This document shows, in pieces, positions 34,401 to 43,757 of a DNA stretch of 64,000 nt (position 1 is its first letter; every line of letters starts with the position of its first letter). This DNA is from an uncultured Gammaproteobacteria bacterium. Lineage in GTDB: Bacteria > Patescibacteriota > Patescibacteriia > UBA9934. The DNA lies in contig CAZTKG010000005.1 of the NCBI GenBank assembly GCA_964613815.1, positions 22,026 through 86,025 on the forward strand, in the 5' to 3' direction. The translations under genes and the position numbers were made by a program. Below the pieces are notes generated by a model, which was not told the DNA's origin, ran no database searches, and saw only the letters and a program-made list of their open reading frames with translations.

Positions 34401-37287
34401 ATGAGATACCGATCCAGATTTCTTGCTCGTTTGTTTTGATTGTCTTTTCGATCTTTGCGCTTCCCTTCTCTTGGGTGAGTGACGATGCGAGCGTTGCTGA
34501 CTTGATTGCCCCTGCGTGCTCTGTGAGCATTGTTTTGACGTCTTCTGACTCTGATGTGATGAAGAGATCAACCTTTGTTTGGATGGTTAGATTAGCTTCT
34601 TTGCGGAGCTGGTTGATCTTTCTCGCGACGTCTCTAGCCATGCCTTCTCGTGTGAGCTCTGGTGTTAGTTCTAGGTCTACCTCAACGGCGATGTCGCCTT
34701 TTGCTAGTGACATTGACTTGATGTTTAGCTCGTCTAGGATGACTTGCTTTATTTGCTCGGTCATCCCTCCTGATGGGAGCGTGACCCTTAGGGATGCGAG
34801 CGGTTGTTTGATCGGGATCCCTGCTGACTCGCGGACTTCTAGAGCTCGGCTGACGATGGCTCGAGCCTCTCCCATGGCGTCTAGGATTTCTTGATTGATA
34901 GCGCCTGCTTCTGGCCAGGATTCTAGGTGGACGGATAGGCGTGTGTTTTGATCTTTGAAGTTGCCGTTTACGCCTTGGTAGAGCACCTCTGCCATAAATG
35001 GCATGCACGGGGCTAACATGTGCGCGAAAAGATCCAGCACGGATTTTAGTGTTGCGATTGCCTCCTGCTTATCTTCGCCTTCTGACTTCATTCGGTCTCT
35101 GGATCGGCGGATGTACCAGGTGGAGAGATCTGTTGCGAAGGCTTGAAGTGGGCGCATAGCGGACATGATGTCGTAGCGTTCTAGTGCCTCGGTTTGGGTT
35201 GATAGGGTTTGGTTTGCTCGGGATGTGATCCAGGCGTCTAGTGGGTGCGCGAGTGATGGCGCTCGGTTGTCGCCTGATGCGGCGTGCAGCTTGTAGAAGG
35301 CTAGGACGTTTCTTGTGATTCGGATGAATTTCTTTGCGACTTCTTCTACGCCTTTTTCGCTAAAGCGAAGGTTTTCTGCTTTTACGGCTGGAGATGCCAT
35401 GAGGTAATAGCGCATGGCGTCGGAGCCGTGTTTTTCGATGAGGTTGGTGATGTCTGGGTAGTTTTTGAGGCGCTTGGACATCTTCTTTCCGTCTTCTGCG
35501 AGGACGATGCCGTTCACTGCCACGTTTTTGAAGGCAGGCATGTCGAAGAGGGCGTTTGCGAGGACGTGGAGAGTGTAGAACCATCCGCGGGTTTGGTCTT
35601 GGCCTTCTGCAATGAATTCTGCTGGGAAGCCTCCTTGGAATTTATCTTTGTTTTCGAATGGGTAGTGGAACTGCGCGTATGGCATTGAGCCTGATTCGAA
35701 CCAGCAGTCCAGGACTTCTGGAATGCGGGTGAACTCTTTGCCGTCTTTTTTGATAACGATGTTGTCGACGATGTGCTTGTGGAGATCGTCTACTTTTTGT
35801 CCTGATAGGGTTTCGAGCTCTTCTTGGGAGCCGATGCAGATGATGTCACCGTCTTCTGCGCGCCAGATTGGGAGTGGTGTCCCCCAGTAGCGAGAGCGAG
35901 AGATAGCCCAGTCGCGGGCGCCTTCTAGCCATTTTCCGAAGCGGCCTTCTTTGATGTTTTCTGGGACCCAGTTGATTTCTTTGTTTGTTGCGATGAGACG
36001 GTCTTTGAGGTCTGTGACGCGAACGAACCACGAAGCTGTGGCGTAGTTGAGGAGCGGCGTGTCACAGCGCCAGCAGTGTGGGTAGCTGTGTTCTACTTTT
36101 TCTTTTCTGAAGAGGCGGTCGTTGTGCGCGAGGTATTTTACGATTTCGATGTCTACTGACTGAGTGTCTCCTTTTTGTTTGACTGGCTTGTCTTTTACGT
36201 TGTAGCCAGCCTCCTGTAGAGGATCTGCTACTTCTGGCGCGAAGTGACCGTTGAAGCCTACGTGCATGATAGGGTCTAGACCTTCTGCTTGGGTTAGCTG
36301 AACGTCATCTGCGCCGAAGCCTCCGGCGATGTGGACGATTCCTGTGCCGTCTGATTCTGAGACGAAGTCTGCGCCCTTGATTGTGAAAGCGCCTGCAGTA
36401 TCTTTGTAGAATGGGAACAGTGGCTCGTAGGTTGCGCCGACGAGGTCTGATCCTTTTATGGTTTTGGTGATTTGATGGTCCTTGCCTTCGAAGACGTCTT
36501 TTGCGAGGTCGGCGTGGACGATGTAGTCGGCGCCTTCTGATGAGACGACTGCGTAACTTCCCTGCGGGAGGACGGCTGCGAGCATGTTTCCTGGGAGAGT
36601 CCAGGGAGTTGTGGTCCAGGCTATTAATGCTGCGTTTTGATAATCACCGCTTGTGATTGGGAGTGTGACGTAGACGGAGATGTCTTTGACGTCTTGATAG
36701 CCTTGGGCGACTTCGAAGTTTGAGAGGACGGTTTCGCAGCGGGGGCAGACGTGCATTGGTTTGCGGCCCTCGTAGATAAGTCCTTTGTCCCATAAAGATT
36801 TGAAGACCCACCAGGTGGACTCCATGTATGAGAGGTCCATTGTTTTGTAATCTCTCTCCATGTCGACCCAGCGGCCAAGGCGGCGGACAATGCGCTTCCA
36901 GTCTGCTTCGTAGCGCATGACTTCTGCGTGACAGGCTTCGTTGAATTTGTCGACGCCGAAATTTTCGATCGCGGCTTTTGATCCGAGGTCGTGCTTTTTT
37001 TCTACGATGTTTTCAATTGGGAGACCGTGACAGTCCCAGCCCCATTTTCGTTCGACTCGGTAGCCCTTCATGGTGAAGAAGCGTGGCATGACGTCTTTCA
37101 TGACACCTGGGAGGACGTGACCGTAGTGTGGGAGTCCTGTTGCAAATGGGGGGCCGTCGTAGAAGACGTATGGATTCCCTTCTGGTCTTTGGTTGATGGA
37201 TTTTTGGAAAATCTGATGTTCATCCCAGTATTCTAGGACTTCTAGCTCGTCATCAACGTGTGATTTCTGCTTGGTTTTGTCTGGCAT
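34393..37287 (-). CDS. ileS: Isoleucyl-tRNA synthetase
   Basis: 964 aa with HYGH and KMSKR motifs and the class I editing domain. Confidence 0.95.
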   Translation of the reverse strand: MPDKTKQKSHVDDELEVLEYWDEHQIFQKSINQRPEGNPYVFYDGPPFATGLPHYGHVLPGVMKDVMPRFFTMKGYRVERKWGWDCHGLPIENIVEKKHDLGSKAAIENFGVDKFNEACHAEVMRYEADWKRIVRRLGRWVDMERDYKTMDLSYMESTWWVFKSLWDKGLIYEGRKPMHVCPRCETVLSNFEVAQGYQDVKDISVYVTLPITSGDYQNAALIAWTTTPWTLPGNMLAAVLPQGSYAVVSSEGADYIVHADLAKDVFEGKDHQITKTIKGSDLVGATYEPLFPFYKDTAGAFTIKGADFVSESDGTGIVHIAGGFGADDVQLTQAEGLDPIMHVGFNGHFAPEVADPLQEAGYNVKDKPVKQKGDTQSVDIEIVKYLAHNDRLFRKEKVEHSYPHCWRCDTPLLNYATASWFVRVTDLKDRLIATNKEINWVPENIKEGRFGKWLEGARDWAISRSRYWGTPLPIWRAEDGDIICIGSQEELETLSGQKVDDLHKHIVDNIVIKKDGKEFTRIPEVLDCWFESGSMPYAQFHYPFENKDKFQGGFPAEFIAEGQDQTRGWFYTLHVLANALFDMPAFKNVAVNGIVLAEDGKKMSKRLKNYPDITNLIEKHGSDAMRYYLMASPAVKAENLRFSEKGVEEVAKKFIRITRNVLAFYKLHAASGDNRAPSLAHPLDAWITSRANQTLSTQTEALERYDIMSAMRPLQAFATDLSTWYIRRSRDRMKSEGEDKQEAIATLKSVLDLFAHMLAPCMPFMAEVLYQGVNGNFKDQNTRLSVHLESWPEAGAINQEILDAMGEARAIVSRALEVRESAGIPIKQPLASLRVTLPSGGMTEQIKQVILDELNIKSMSLAKGDIAVEVDLELTPELTREGMARDVARKINQLRKEANLTIQTKVDLFITSESEDVKTMLTEHAGAIKSATLASSLTQEKGSAKIEKTIKTNEQEIWIGISYE

Positions 37288-37371
37288 ATTGCGCTCATGC
37301 TACCAATTTTATCCAATTAATTCAACTGAAAATAAGATTTTTGTTCATGTGGCGTGATATACTTTCTTTGT

Positions 37372-37833
37372 ATGGTTCAGACTGTCTACATTGGAGCGGA
37401 TCATGCTGGGTTTGCGGTTAAATCTAGCATTATTGAACAGCTTGAAATGCATGGGTTTCATGTGGAGGATTTAGGGGCTCATAATTATGATCCGAATGAC
37501 GATTATCCTGCTTATGCGCAGGTTGTGGCGAATGCCGTGCTTGATCATGAAGGGTCGCTTGGGGTGCTCGCTTGTGGGAATGCTGAGGGGATCTGTATTG
37601 CGGCGAATAAGTTTGACGGGATTCGGGCTGGGATTGGGTATTCGGTCGCGGCGGCGAAATCTTTGCGGAATGATGATTTGGCAAATATTGTTTGTATTCC
37701 AGGGAGAATTAAGCTTGAGGAGGATCCGCTTCGGATTGTGGAGGCGTTTTTGGAGACGCCGCCTTCTGATGCTGCGCGGCATTTACGGCGAATGGACCAG
37801 GTGACGTCTATTGAGGAGAACGGCCGCGTATGA
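37372..37833 (+). CDS. rpiB: Ribose-5-phosphate isomerase B
   Basis: VYIGADHAGF...CGNAEGICIAANK. The start is ATG 37372 (listed ORF starts at 37354). Confidence 0.85.
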   Translation: MVQTVYIGADHAGFAVKSSIIEQLEMHGFHVEDLGAHNYDPNDDYPAYAQVVANAVLDHEGSLGVLACGNAEGICIAANKFDGIRAGIGYSVAAAKSLRNDDLANIVCIPGRIKLEEDPLRIVEAFLETPPSDAARHLRRMDQVTSIEENGRV

Positions 37834-38474
37834 GCGTTGTTGCGCCGGCGATTCTTGCGCATTCGCGGAAGGAGTTTCAGTCTCGGATTGATCATGCTGA
37901 TCTTCGACGGTTGGCGCCGATTTGGCATGTTGATGTGCTGGATGGGTCGATGTTTGGGTCTTCTTGTTGGTCGCGTGCGGATGTTGTTGGTGGATTTGAT
38001 GATTTGCCGGAGATTGAGTTGCATTTGATGGTTCAGAATCCGCTTAAACATCTTGAGAGTTGGCATGCGCATGTGAAGACGCTCAGGAGAGCTATTGTTC
38101 ATATGGAAATCTCTCGGCCTGTGGGGGCGGTGATAACGAAAATTCGAAATTTGGGTATAGAGCCTGGGGTTGCGTTGAATCCGCATACTCCGCTTACCTC
38201 TTTGCATTCTGGGCTTGATAACGTGCACTTTTTGCAGTTGATGGGGATTGAGCCTGGGAAATCTGGGCGTCCGTTTTTGGGGGAATTGATTTTGAAGAAA
38301 ATTCAGGAGGCTCGGGAGCGGTTTCCAGACATGGTCATTGGCGTGGATGGGGGGATTAGTGCCGACACGGTTGGTGATGTTTGGCGCGCTGGCGCTCATC
38401 AGGTTTGTAGTGCTTCTGCGCTTTTTGGCGCTGATGATGCGGCGAAAGCGTATCGTCAGTTGATGACTGGGTAA
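37830..38474 (+). CDS. rpe: Ribulose-phosphate 3-epimerase
   Basis: HVDVLDG motif, TIM-barrel length, 4-bp ATGA overlap with rpiB. Confidence 0.85.
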   Translation: MSVVAPAILAHSRKEFQSRIDHADLRRLAPIWHVDVLDGSMFGSSCWSRADVVGGFDDLPEIELHLMVQNPLKHLESWHAHVKTLRRAIVHMEISRPVGAVITKIRNLGIEPGVALNPHTPLTSLHSGLDNVHFLQLMGIEPGKSGRPFLGELILKKIQEARERFPDMVIGVDGGISADTVGDVWRAGAHQVCSASALFGADDAAKAYRQLMTG

Positions 38475-38547
38475 GAAATCTGTTCACCTCCTTCCCTTCT
38501 AGGGTTTTGTGTTATAATTATTTTGAACATTAACTTTTCTTTGTTTT

Positions 38548-39360
38548 ATGCAATCATCTTCTGCTGCGCAAAAGAGCTTGATTGGCTTTTTTGCAGTTGT
38601 TCTTGCGGTCGCTGGCTTTTTTGCTATTTCGGCCCCTGTAGACGCGGTTGAGGATCTCGATGACATTGAGTCTGGAGACCTTATTCGTGGTGAGAGTTTT
38701 TCTGCTGTTTATTACATGGGTGCTGATGGGTACCGTTATGTGTTCCCTAACGATCGGACATTCTTTACTTGGTACGATGATTTTGATGACGTGCGTTGGA
38801 TTTCTGATGCTGATCTTGCGACCGTGCAGATTGGTGGGAATGTGACGTACAAGCCAGGCGTGAAGATGATTAAGATTAATACTGATCCGAAGACTTACGC
38901 GGTTTCTGAGGGCGGTGTTCTTCGACACGTTGGAAGTGAAGATCTTGCTGTTTCTCTTTATGGAAGCAGTTGGAATACGATGATTGATGATGTTGCTGAT
39001 GGATTCTTTACGAACTATTCGATTGGAGATGCTATTGATAACGCTAGTGATTATGACGCTAGTGATGCGGAGAGTGGCACTTCAGACATTAATGACGACA
39101 AGAATCTTTCTGCGCCAGAGGACTTGAGCGTTACTGATAGTGGGTATAGCCCGATTGATGTAACGATTGATGTTGGTCAGAGCGTGCGGTTTACGAACAA
39201 TGGATCTGACAAGCATACTGCTACTGGCGATGATCTTTCTTGGGGGACGGGGACTATGCAGCCTGGCGGAAGTGCGATTGTGAAGTTTGATGAGGCTGGG
39301 ACGTATACGTTCTTCGATAGTTATGATGCGAGCAATACAGGAGCGATTTACGTTGAGTAG
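38548..39360 (+). CDS. Secreted hypothetical protein (signal peptide; acidic, beta-rich; possible cupredoxin-like C-terminal domain)
   Basis: N-terminal signal peptide. No confident family. Confidence 0.5.
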   Translation: MQSSSAAQKSLIGFFAVVLAVAGFFAISAPVDAVEDLDDIESGDLIRGESFSAVYYMGADGYRYVFPNDRTFFTWYDDFDDVRWISDADLATVQIGGNVTYKPGVKMIKINTDPKTYAVSEGGVLRHVGSEDLAVSLYGSSWNTMIDDVADGFFTNYSIGDAIDNASDYDASDAESGTSDINDDKNLSAPEDLSVTDSGYSPIDVTIDVGQSVRFTNNGSDKHTATGDDLSWGTGTMQPGGSAIVKFDEAGTYTFFDSYDASNTGAIYVE

Positions 39361-39414
39361 GTAGGAATTGATGAAAACACCGAGCTTGGCTCGGTGTTTT
39401 TTTGTTTTGGGTGG

Positions 39415-39499
39415 TCTCCCCTGCCCCATCTCGACCTTGTGGAGAGATCTTGCCTTTTTGATGTCCGCAGAGATCTCTCCACAAGGTCGAGATGGGAAT
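39415..39499. repeat. Palindromic intergenic element, copy C (long hairpin form, perfect 26-bp arms, 18-nt loop)
   Basis: CCCATCTCGACCTTGTGGAGAGATCT-tgcctttttgatgtccgc-AGAGATCTCTCCACAAGGTCGAGATGGG. Confidence 0.6.
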
Positions 39500-39523
39500 T
39501 TTGAGTTTGATATACTACTTGCA

Positions 39524-39920
39524 TATGAAAACTCTTCACTGGATTATCTTTTCTCTTGCTGTGTATCTCTTCTTAGCTCCGTTTATTGCGGATGACTTGG
39601 TGGAGTTGTTTTTTGGGATGTATTTGCAGGAGGACTTTAATGTATTTCTGCTTTTGCGATGGGATGACCTATTTATTGGACTGACGATTGCGATTTTGGC
39701 TCTTGTTGTTGTGACTATGGAACAGACATTTACGAAGACGCCTGGGTTGAAGGCGATGCATTGGATGCAAGTTGTTTTGGGAGGCTGGATCGCGGCGGCG
39801 CCGTTTGCGATGGAGTTTAATTCTGAGTCTTATATGTGGAGTCATCTTGTGGTTGGTGGGTTTGTTGCGGTCTTTGCCTTGCTTCAGATTTATAACGAGA
39901 CTTATAAGAAGAAACGTTAG
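39524..39920 (+). CDS. Hypothetical membrane protein (4 TM)
   Basis: Hydrophobic segments; the ORF may start at 39492 instead. Confidence 0.4.
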
Positions 39921-39925
39921 TTGGT

Positions 39926-40831
39926 ATGCCGGAGGTGCGGGATATTGAAACGCTTACGGAGAAGAAGCTCCTTAGCTTGGAGAAGCGAGCTAATTTGGTT
40001 CGGCAAGATATTTTGAAGATGCTGGAGGCTGCGGGGAGTGGGCATAGTGCGGGACCGCTTGGGATGGCTGATATTTTTACGGCTTTGTACTTTCATGTTT
40101 TGGCTCATGATCCGAAGAAGCCTTTGTGGGAAGAGCGGGATCGACTACTTTTGAGCTGTGGGCATATCGTGCCAGTGCGGTATGCGGCGATGGCGCATGC
40201 TGGGTATTTTGATAAGAAAGAGTTGAAGACGCTTCGTCAGTTTGGGTCGAAGTTGCAGGGGCATCCGGAGGTTACGGTGATGCCGAGTCTTGAGAACACG
40301 TCTGGGCCGCTTGGGGATGGGTCGCCTCAGTCTGCTGGAATGGCTTATGTGGCGAAGGCTGATGGACTTCCCTGGCATGTTTACTGCGTGCTCAGTGATG
40401 GTGAATTGGAGGCTGGGATTACTTGGGAGGCTGCCATGTTTGCTGGGAAGAATCGGCTGCATAATCTGACATGGATTGTGGATCGGAATAATATTCAGAT
40501 TGATGGGTACACGGAAGACATTATGCCGCTTGAGCCTTTGGCTGATAAGTTTAGTGCGTTTAATTTTCATGTGATTGAGATTGACGGGCATAATATTCGG
40601 GAGTTTGTGGATGCGTGTAAGTTTGCGAAGACGATTTGGGAGCAGCCGGTTGTGATTTTGGCGCATACGACTCCTGGCAAGGGTGTCGACTTTATGGAGT
40701 TTGATTTTAAATGGCATGGCGCGCCTCCGGGGAAAGGGCCAGAGGATGTTTTTGATAAGGGTGATCAGCTTCGGGAGGCGCTAAAAGATTTGCGGACGCT
40801 TGGGGGGAAGATTTCTTCTGAGTGCGAGTAA
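39926..40831 (+). CDS. Transketolase, N-terminal (TPP-binding) subunit
   Basis: GHSAGPLGMADIFTALY and a GDG-type TPP motif; split-gene organisation. Confidence 0.85.
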   Translation: MPEVRDIETLTEKKLLSLEKRANLVRQDILKMLEAAGSGHSAGPLGMADIFTALYFHVLAHDPKKPLWEERDRLLLSCGHIVPVRYAAMAHAGYFDKKELKTLRQFGSKLQGHPEVTVMPSLENTSGPLGDGSPQSAGMAYVAKADGLPWHVYCVLSDGELEAGITWEAAMFAGKNRLHNLTWIVDRNNIQIDGYTEDIMPLEPLADKFSAFNFHVIEIDGHNIREFVDACKFAKTIWEQPVVILAHTTPGKGVDFMEFDFKWHGAPPGKGPEDVFDKGDQLREALKDLRTLGGKISSECE

Positions 40832-40841
40832 TTGAATTTTT

Positions 40842-41819
40842 ATGGGACAACAACTTGTACGTGGGTGGCGCAATCCTGATGGATTGAAGCAGATTCCTAC
40901 GAGGAATGGTTTTGGCGAGGGGCTGGTTGAGCTTGGGAAGGCTGATGAGAATTTGTATGTGATGTGTGCGGATTTGAGCGAGTCTACTCGGTGTCATTTG
41001 TTTAAAGAAGCGTTTCCTGAGCGGTTTGTTCAGCTTGGGGTTGCGGAGCAGTTTATGGCGGCTGGCGCTGCGGGGATGGCGCTTGCTGGGAAGACGGTTG
41101 TGATTGCGAGCTATGCAGCGTTTTCGCCCGGGCGGAATTGGGAGCAGATTCGGACGACGCTTTGTTTGCAGAAGACGAAGGTGATTGTTGCTGGAGCGCA
41201 TGCGGGGGTGAGTGTTGGGCCGGATGGGGCGACGCATCAGATGCTGGAGGATATTGCCTTGATGCGTGTGCTGCCGGAGATGACGGTGATCGCGCCTTGT
41301 GATGCGACGGAGACTCGGAAGGCGACGATTGCTGCTGGGGATGTTGATGGGCCGGTTTATTTGCGGTTTGCTCGGGAGAAGAGTCCGGTGTTTACGACGG
41401 AGACGGCTGAGTTTGAGATTGGGAAGGCACAGGTGCTTCGGGATGGGGGTGATGTTGCCTTGATTGGATGTGGACCGCTTGTGTATGAATGTCTTTTAGC
41501 AGCTGAAGAGCTTGCTGGGCTTGGGATTGAGGCTCGGGTGATTAATTTGGCGACGATTAAGCCGCTTGATGAGGCTGTTGTGATTGCGGCAGCGAAGGAG
41601 TGTGGGGCGATCGTGACCGTTGAGGAGGCTCAGGCTGCTGGAGGGATGGGGTCTGCGGTTTGTGAGGTTGTTTGTGAGGTGGCGCCCTGCCCTGTTGAAC
41701 GGGTTGGGATGCAGGATCGGTTTGGAGAGAGTGGGAAGCCGCGGGAGCTACTTGAGCATTTTGGATTGACGAGTGCGGGGATTGTGGCGAGTGCGCGGCG
41801 GATTTTGAAGAGGAAATAG
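40842..41819 (+). CDS. Transketolase, C-terminal (pyrimidine-binding + C-terminal domain) subunit
   Basis: Follows the N-terminal subunit after a 10-bp gap, with the transketolase central and C-terminal domains. Confidence 0.85.
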   Translation: MGQQLVRGWRNPDGLKQIPTRNGFGEGLVELGKADENLYVMCADLSESTRCHLFKEAFPERFVQLGVAEQFMAAGAAGMALAGKTVVIASYAAFSPGRNWEQIRTTLCLQKTKVIVAGAHAGVSVGPDGATHQMLEDIALMRVLPEMTVIAPCDATETRKATIAAGDVDGPVYLRFAREKSPVFTTETAEFEIGKAQVLRDGGDVALIGCGPLVYECLLAAEELAGLGIEARVINLATIKPLDEAVVIAAAKECGAIVTVEEAQAAGGMGSAVCEVVCEVAPCPVERVGMQDRFGESGKPRELLEHFGLTSAGIVASARRILKRK

Positions 41820-41824
41820 AGGCG

Positions 41825-41909
41825 CTTCCCTGCCCCATCTCGACCTTGTGGAGAGATCTTGCCTTTTTGATGATCGCGGAGATCTCTCCACTTCGGTCGA
41901 GATGGGAAT
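41825..41909. repeat. Palindromic intergenic element, copy D
   Basis: CTTCCCTGCCCCATCTCGACCTTGTGGAGAGATCT...AGATCTCTCCACTTCGGTCGAGATGGGAAT. The arms differ at TTGT versus GAAG. Confidence 0.6.
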
Positions 41910-41966
41910 AAGCAATGGAGCGAAGCTTAGCTTCGCTTTTTTTGTTTAATGGGATAGGATATCGGC

Positions 41967-42650
41967 ATGCGAATCAATAAATTTATTGCTAGTTCTGGGT
42001 ATTGTTCTCGGCGGCGGGCGGATGGGCTTCTTTCTGATGGGAAGGTTTTGATTAATGGACGTAAGGCGAAGGTTGGGGAGTCGGTTTCTGATAAGGACAA
42101 GGTGGTTATTGATGGGAAGCGGATTGAGATGCGGGAGCGGGATGTTTTTTTGGCGTTTAATAAGCCTGTTGGAGCTATTTCTACTTCTGATGAGAAGGCG
42201 GACAATACGGTTTTTGACTATCTTCCGGATGGGGATCGGCTGTTTTATGTTGGGCGGCTGGATGTGATGTCTAGTGGGCTGATGATTTTTACGAATAATG
42301 GGGATGTTGCGAATGATGTTTCGCATGCTCGGGGGGATTGTGAGAAAGAGTATGTCGTCACCGTTGATAAGGATGTGACGCGGCGGCTTTTTGAGGGACT
42401 TCGAGATGGGGTGCATTTGGACGGGGCGCTTACGAAGCCGGCTCGGGTGAAAAAGACTGGGCCGAGGAAGTTTCATTTGGTGATTACGGAGGGGCGGAAT
42501 CGGCAGATTCGGCGGATGTGTGAGAAGTTGGGATTTGAGGTGAAGAAGTTGCGACGGACGCGGATTGGGAATGTGAAGCTTGGGCAGCTCGGCGAGGGGA
42601 ATTGTCGGCCGCTGACGAAGAAGGAGCGGCGCGGGCTTTTTGCTATTTGA
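41967..42650 (+). CDS. RsuA/RluB-family rRNA pseudouridine synthase (S4 domain)
   Basis: S4 N-terminus and the GRLD catalytic motif (YVGRLDVMSSGLMIFTNNG). Confidence 0.8.
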   Translation: MRINKFIASSGYCSRRRADGLLSDGKVLINGRKAKVGESVSDKDKVVIDGKRIEMRERDVFLAFNKPVGAISTSDEKADNTVFDYLPDGDRLFYVGRLDVMSSGLMIFTNNGDVANDVSHARGDCEKEYVVTVDKDVTRRLFEGLRDGVHLDGALTKPARVKKTGPRKFHLVITEGRNRQIRRMCEKLGFEVKKLRRTRIGNVKLGQLGEGNCRPLTKKERRGLFAI

Positions 42651-42658
42651 TTTTTTGT

Positions 42659-43180
42659 ATGGACATGGAGTGGATTGGGTATGTGATTTTGGGCGTGATC
42701 CTTTTGAGCTATGCGGCTGGGGGGATTTCTGCGGCGCCTTGGGTGCCGACGAAGCCTCGGCAGACGCGGCGAATGGTGGAGGCGGCGGGGATTTCTGATG
42801 GGGATAAGGTTTATGATCTTGGGTGTGGGTCGGGGACGCTTTTGTTTGCGGCGGCTGATGGCGCGAAGGATGTTACCTGTGTTGGGTTTGAGATTTCTGC
42901 CCTTCCCTTTTGCCTTGCGAAGGTACGGTCTTGGTTTTCGAGACTTGATGTTCGGGTGCGGTATGCGAATCTGTTTAAGGCTGATCTTTCTGATGCGGAT
43001 GTTGTGTTTGTTTTTCTTTTGGAGAAGTCTTATGAGAAGCTGATGCCGACGTTGAAAGGCTTGAAGGATGATGCTCGGGTGGTTGTGGAGGTTTGGCCGC
43101 TTCCGGGGGTTGAGGCTGTGGAGGTGATAAAGGAGGATGGACTGTTGCCGATTTATGTTTATCGGGGGGATCAGTTTTAG
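42659..43180 (+). CDS. Small class I SAM-dependent methyltransferase with N-terminal TM helix
   Basis: Motif I VYDLGCGSGTLL. The start is ATG 42659 (listed ORF starts 42602). Confidence 0.6.
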   Translation: MDMEWIGYVILGVILLSYAAGGISAAPWVPTKPRQTRRMVEAAGISDGDKVYDLGCGSGTLLFAAADGAKDVTCVGFEISALPFCLAKVRSWFSRLDVRVRYANLFKADLSDADVVFVFLLEKSYEKLMPTLKGLKDDARVVVEVWPLPGVEAVEVIKEDGLLPIYVYRGDQF

Positions 43181-43438
43181 TTGATTTTAGGGGCTTAAAC
43201 CCCTCATATGCTTGACATCCCCTAAAATTTATGCAATAGTTTCACCTCGGCTGCAAGAAATCAAGACAAGAGCTGATTTCTGGAACTCGCATCCAGTTTC
43301 AGGGGTCAGCTCTTGTCCGCCAACAGTCAATCCTGACTGCAGGAGCTCCCTCCCAAGTCTGTCAAAGCAGGCACTGCACACGCAGATACTTCTCTTTGGC
43401 AGGCGGGTCAAGGAGGAGGGTCTGTCCCTGGAGTCCCT

Positions 43439-43672
43439 ATGGGTGATCGTATCCCCTGGCTACCGCACCTTCGCATAGTAGAAAACCCCCGGCTTACGCC
43501 TGAGGAGTGGGAGATGTTCCGTCGCATTGAGCGAGAAGAGGGGGAAGCTTGCTTCCCCTGCGCGATGCACACCATAGCACAGCTCTCAGCGGATGATGCG
43601 TCCCAGGAACCTCATCTGCTTTCCGAAGATGATGTAGACGAAGTGCCCCCGCAGGACCCTCCGGATCGCTGA
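43439..43672 (+). CDS. Small hypothetical protein with acidic C-terminus, downstream of a highly structured ~200-nt leader in a composition-distinct segment
   Basis: 77-aa ORF. Upstream are nested hairpins, e.g. GACAAGAGCTGA...TCAGCTCTTGTC. Confidence 0.3.
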   Translation: MGDRIPWLPHLRIVENPRLTPEEWEMFRRIEREEGEACFPCAMHTIAQLSADDASQEPHLLSEDDVDEVPPQDPPDR

Positions 43673-43757
43673 TCCAACCTTCCCCTGACTGAGACTCGCC
43701 CTCCCCCGAAGACGAACTCGCCGGGGTGTTTTTTTATTGATGTTATAATGAGCACAT

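Noticed and set aside
37545-38399. 284-aa minus-strand ORF plus several shorter ones (37430, 37471, 37487)
   Set aside because: Antisense or alternate frames over the rpiB/rpe genes, whose products are clearly recognisable.
40145-41237. Minus-strand ORFs antisense to the transketolase subunits (40145-40717, 40707-41237)
   Set aside because: Basic, low-complexity translations opposite a high-confidence gene.
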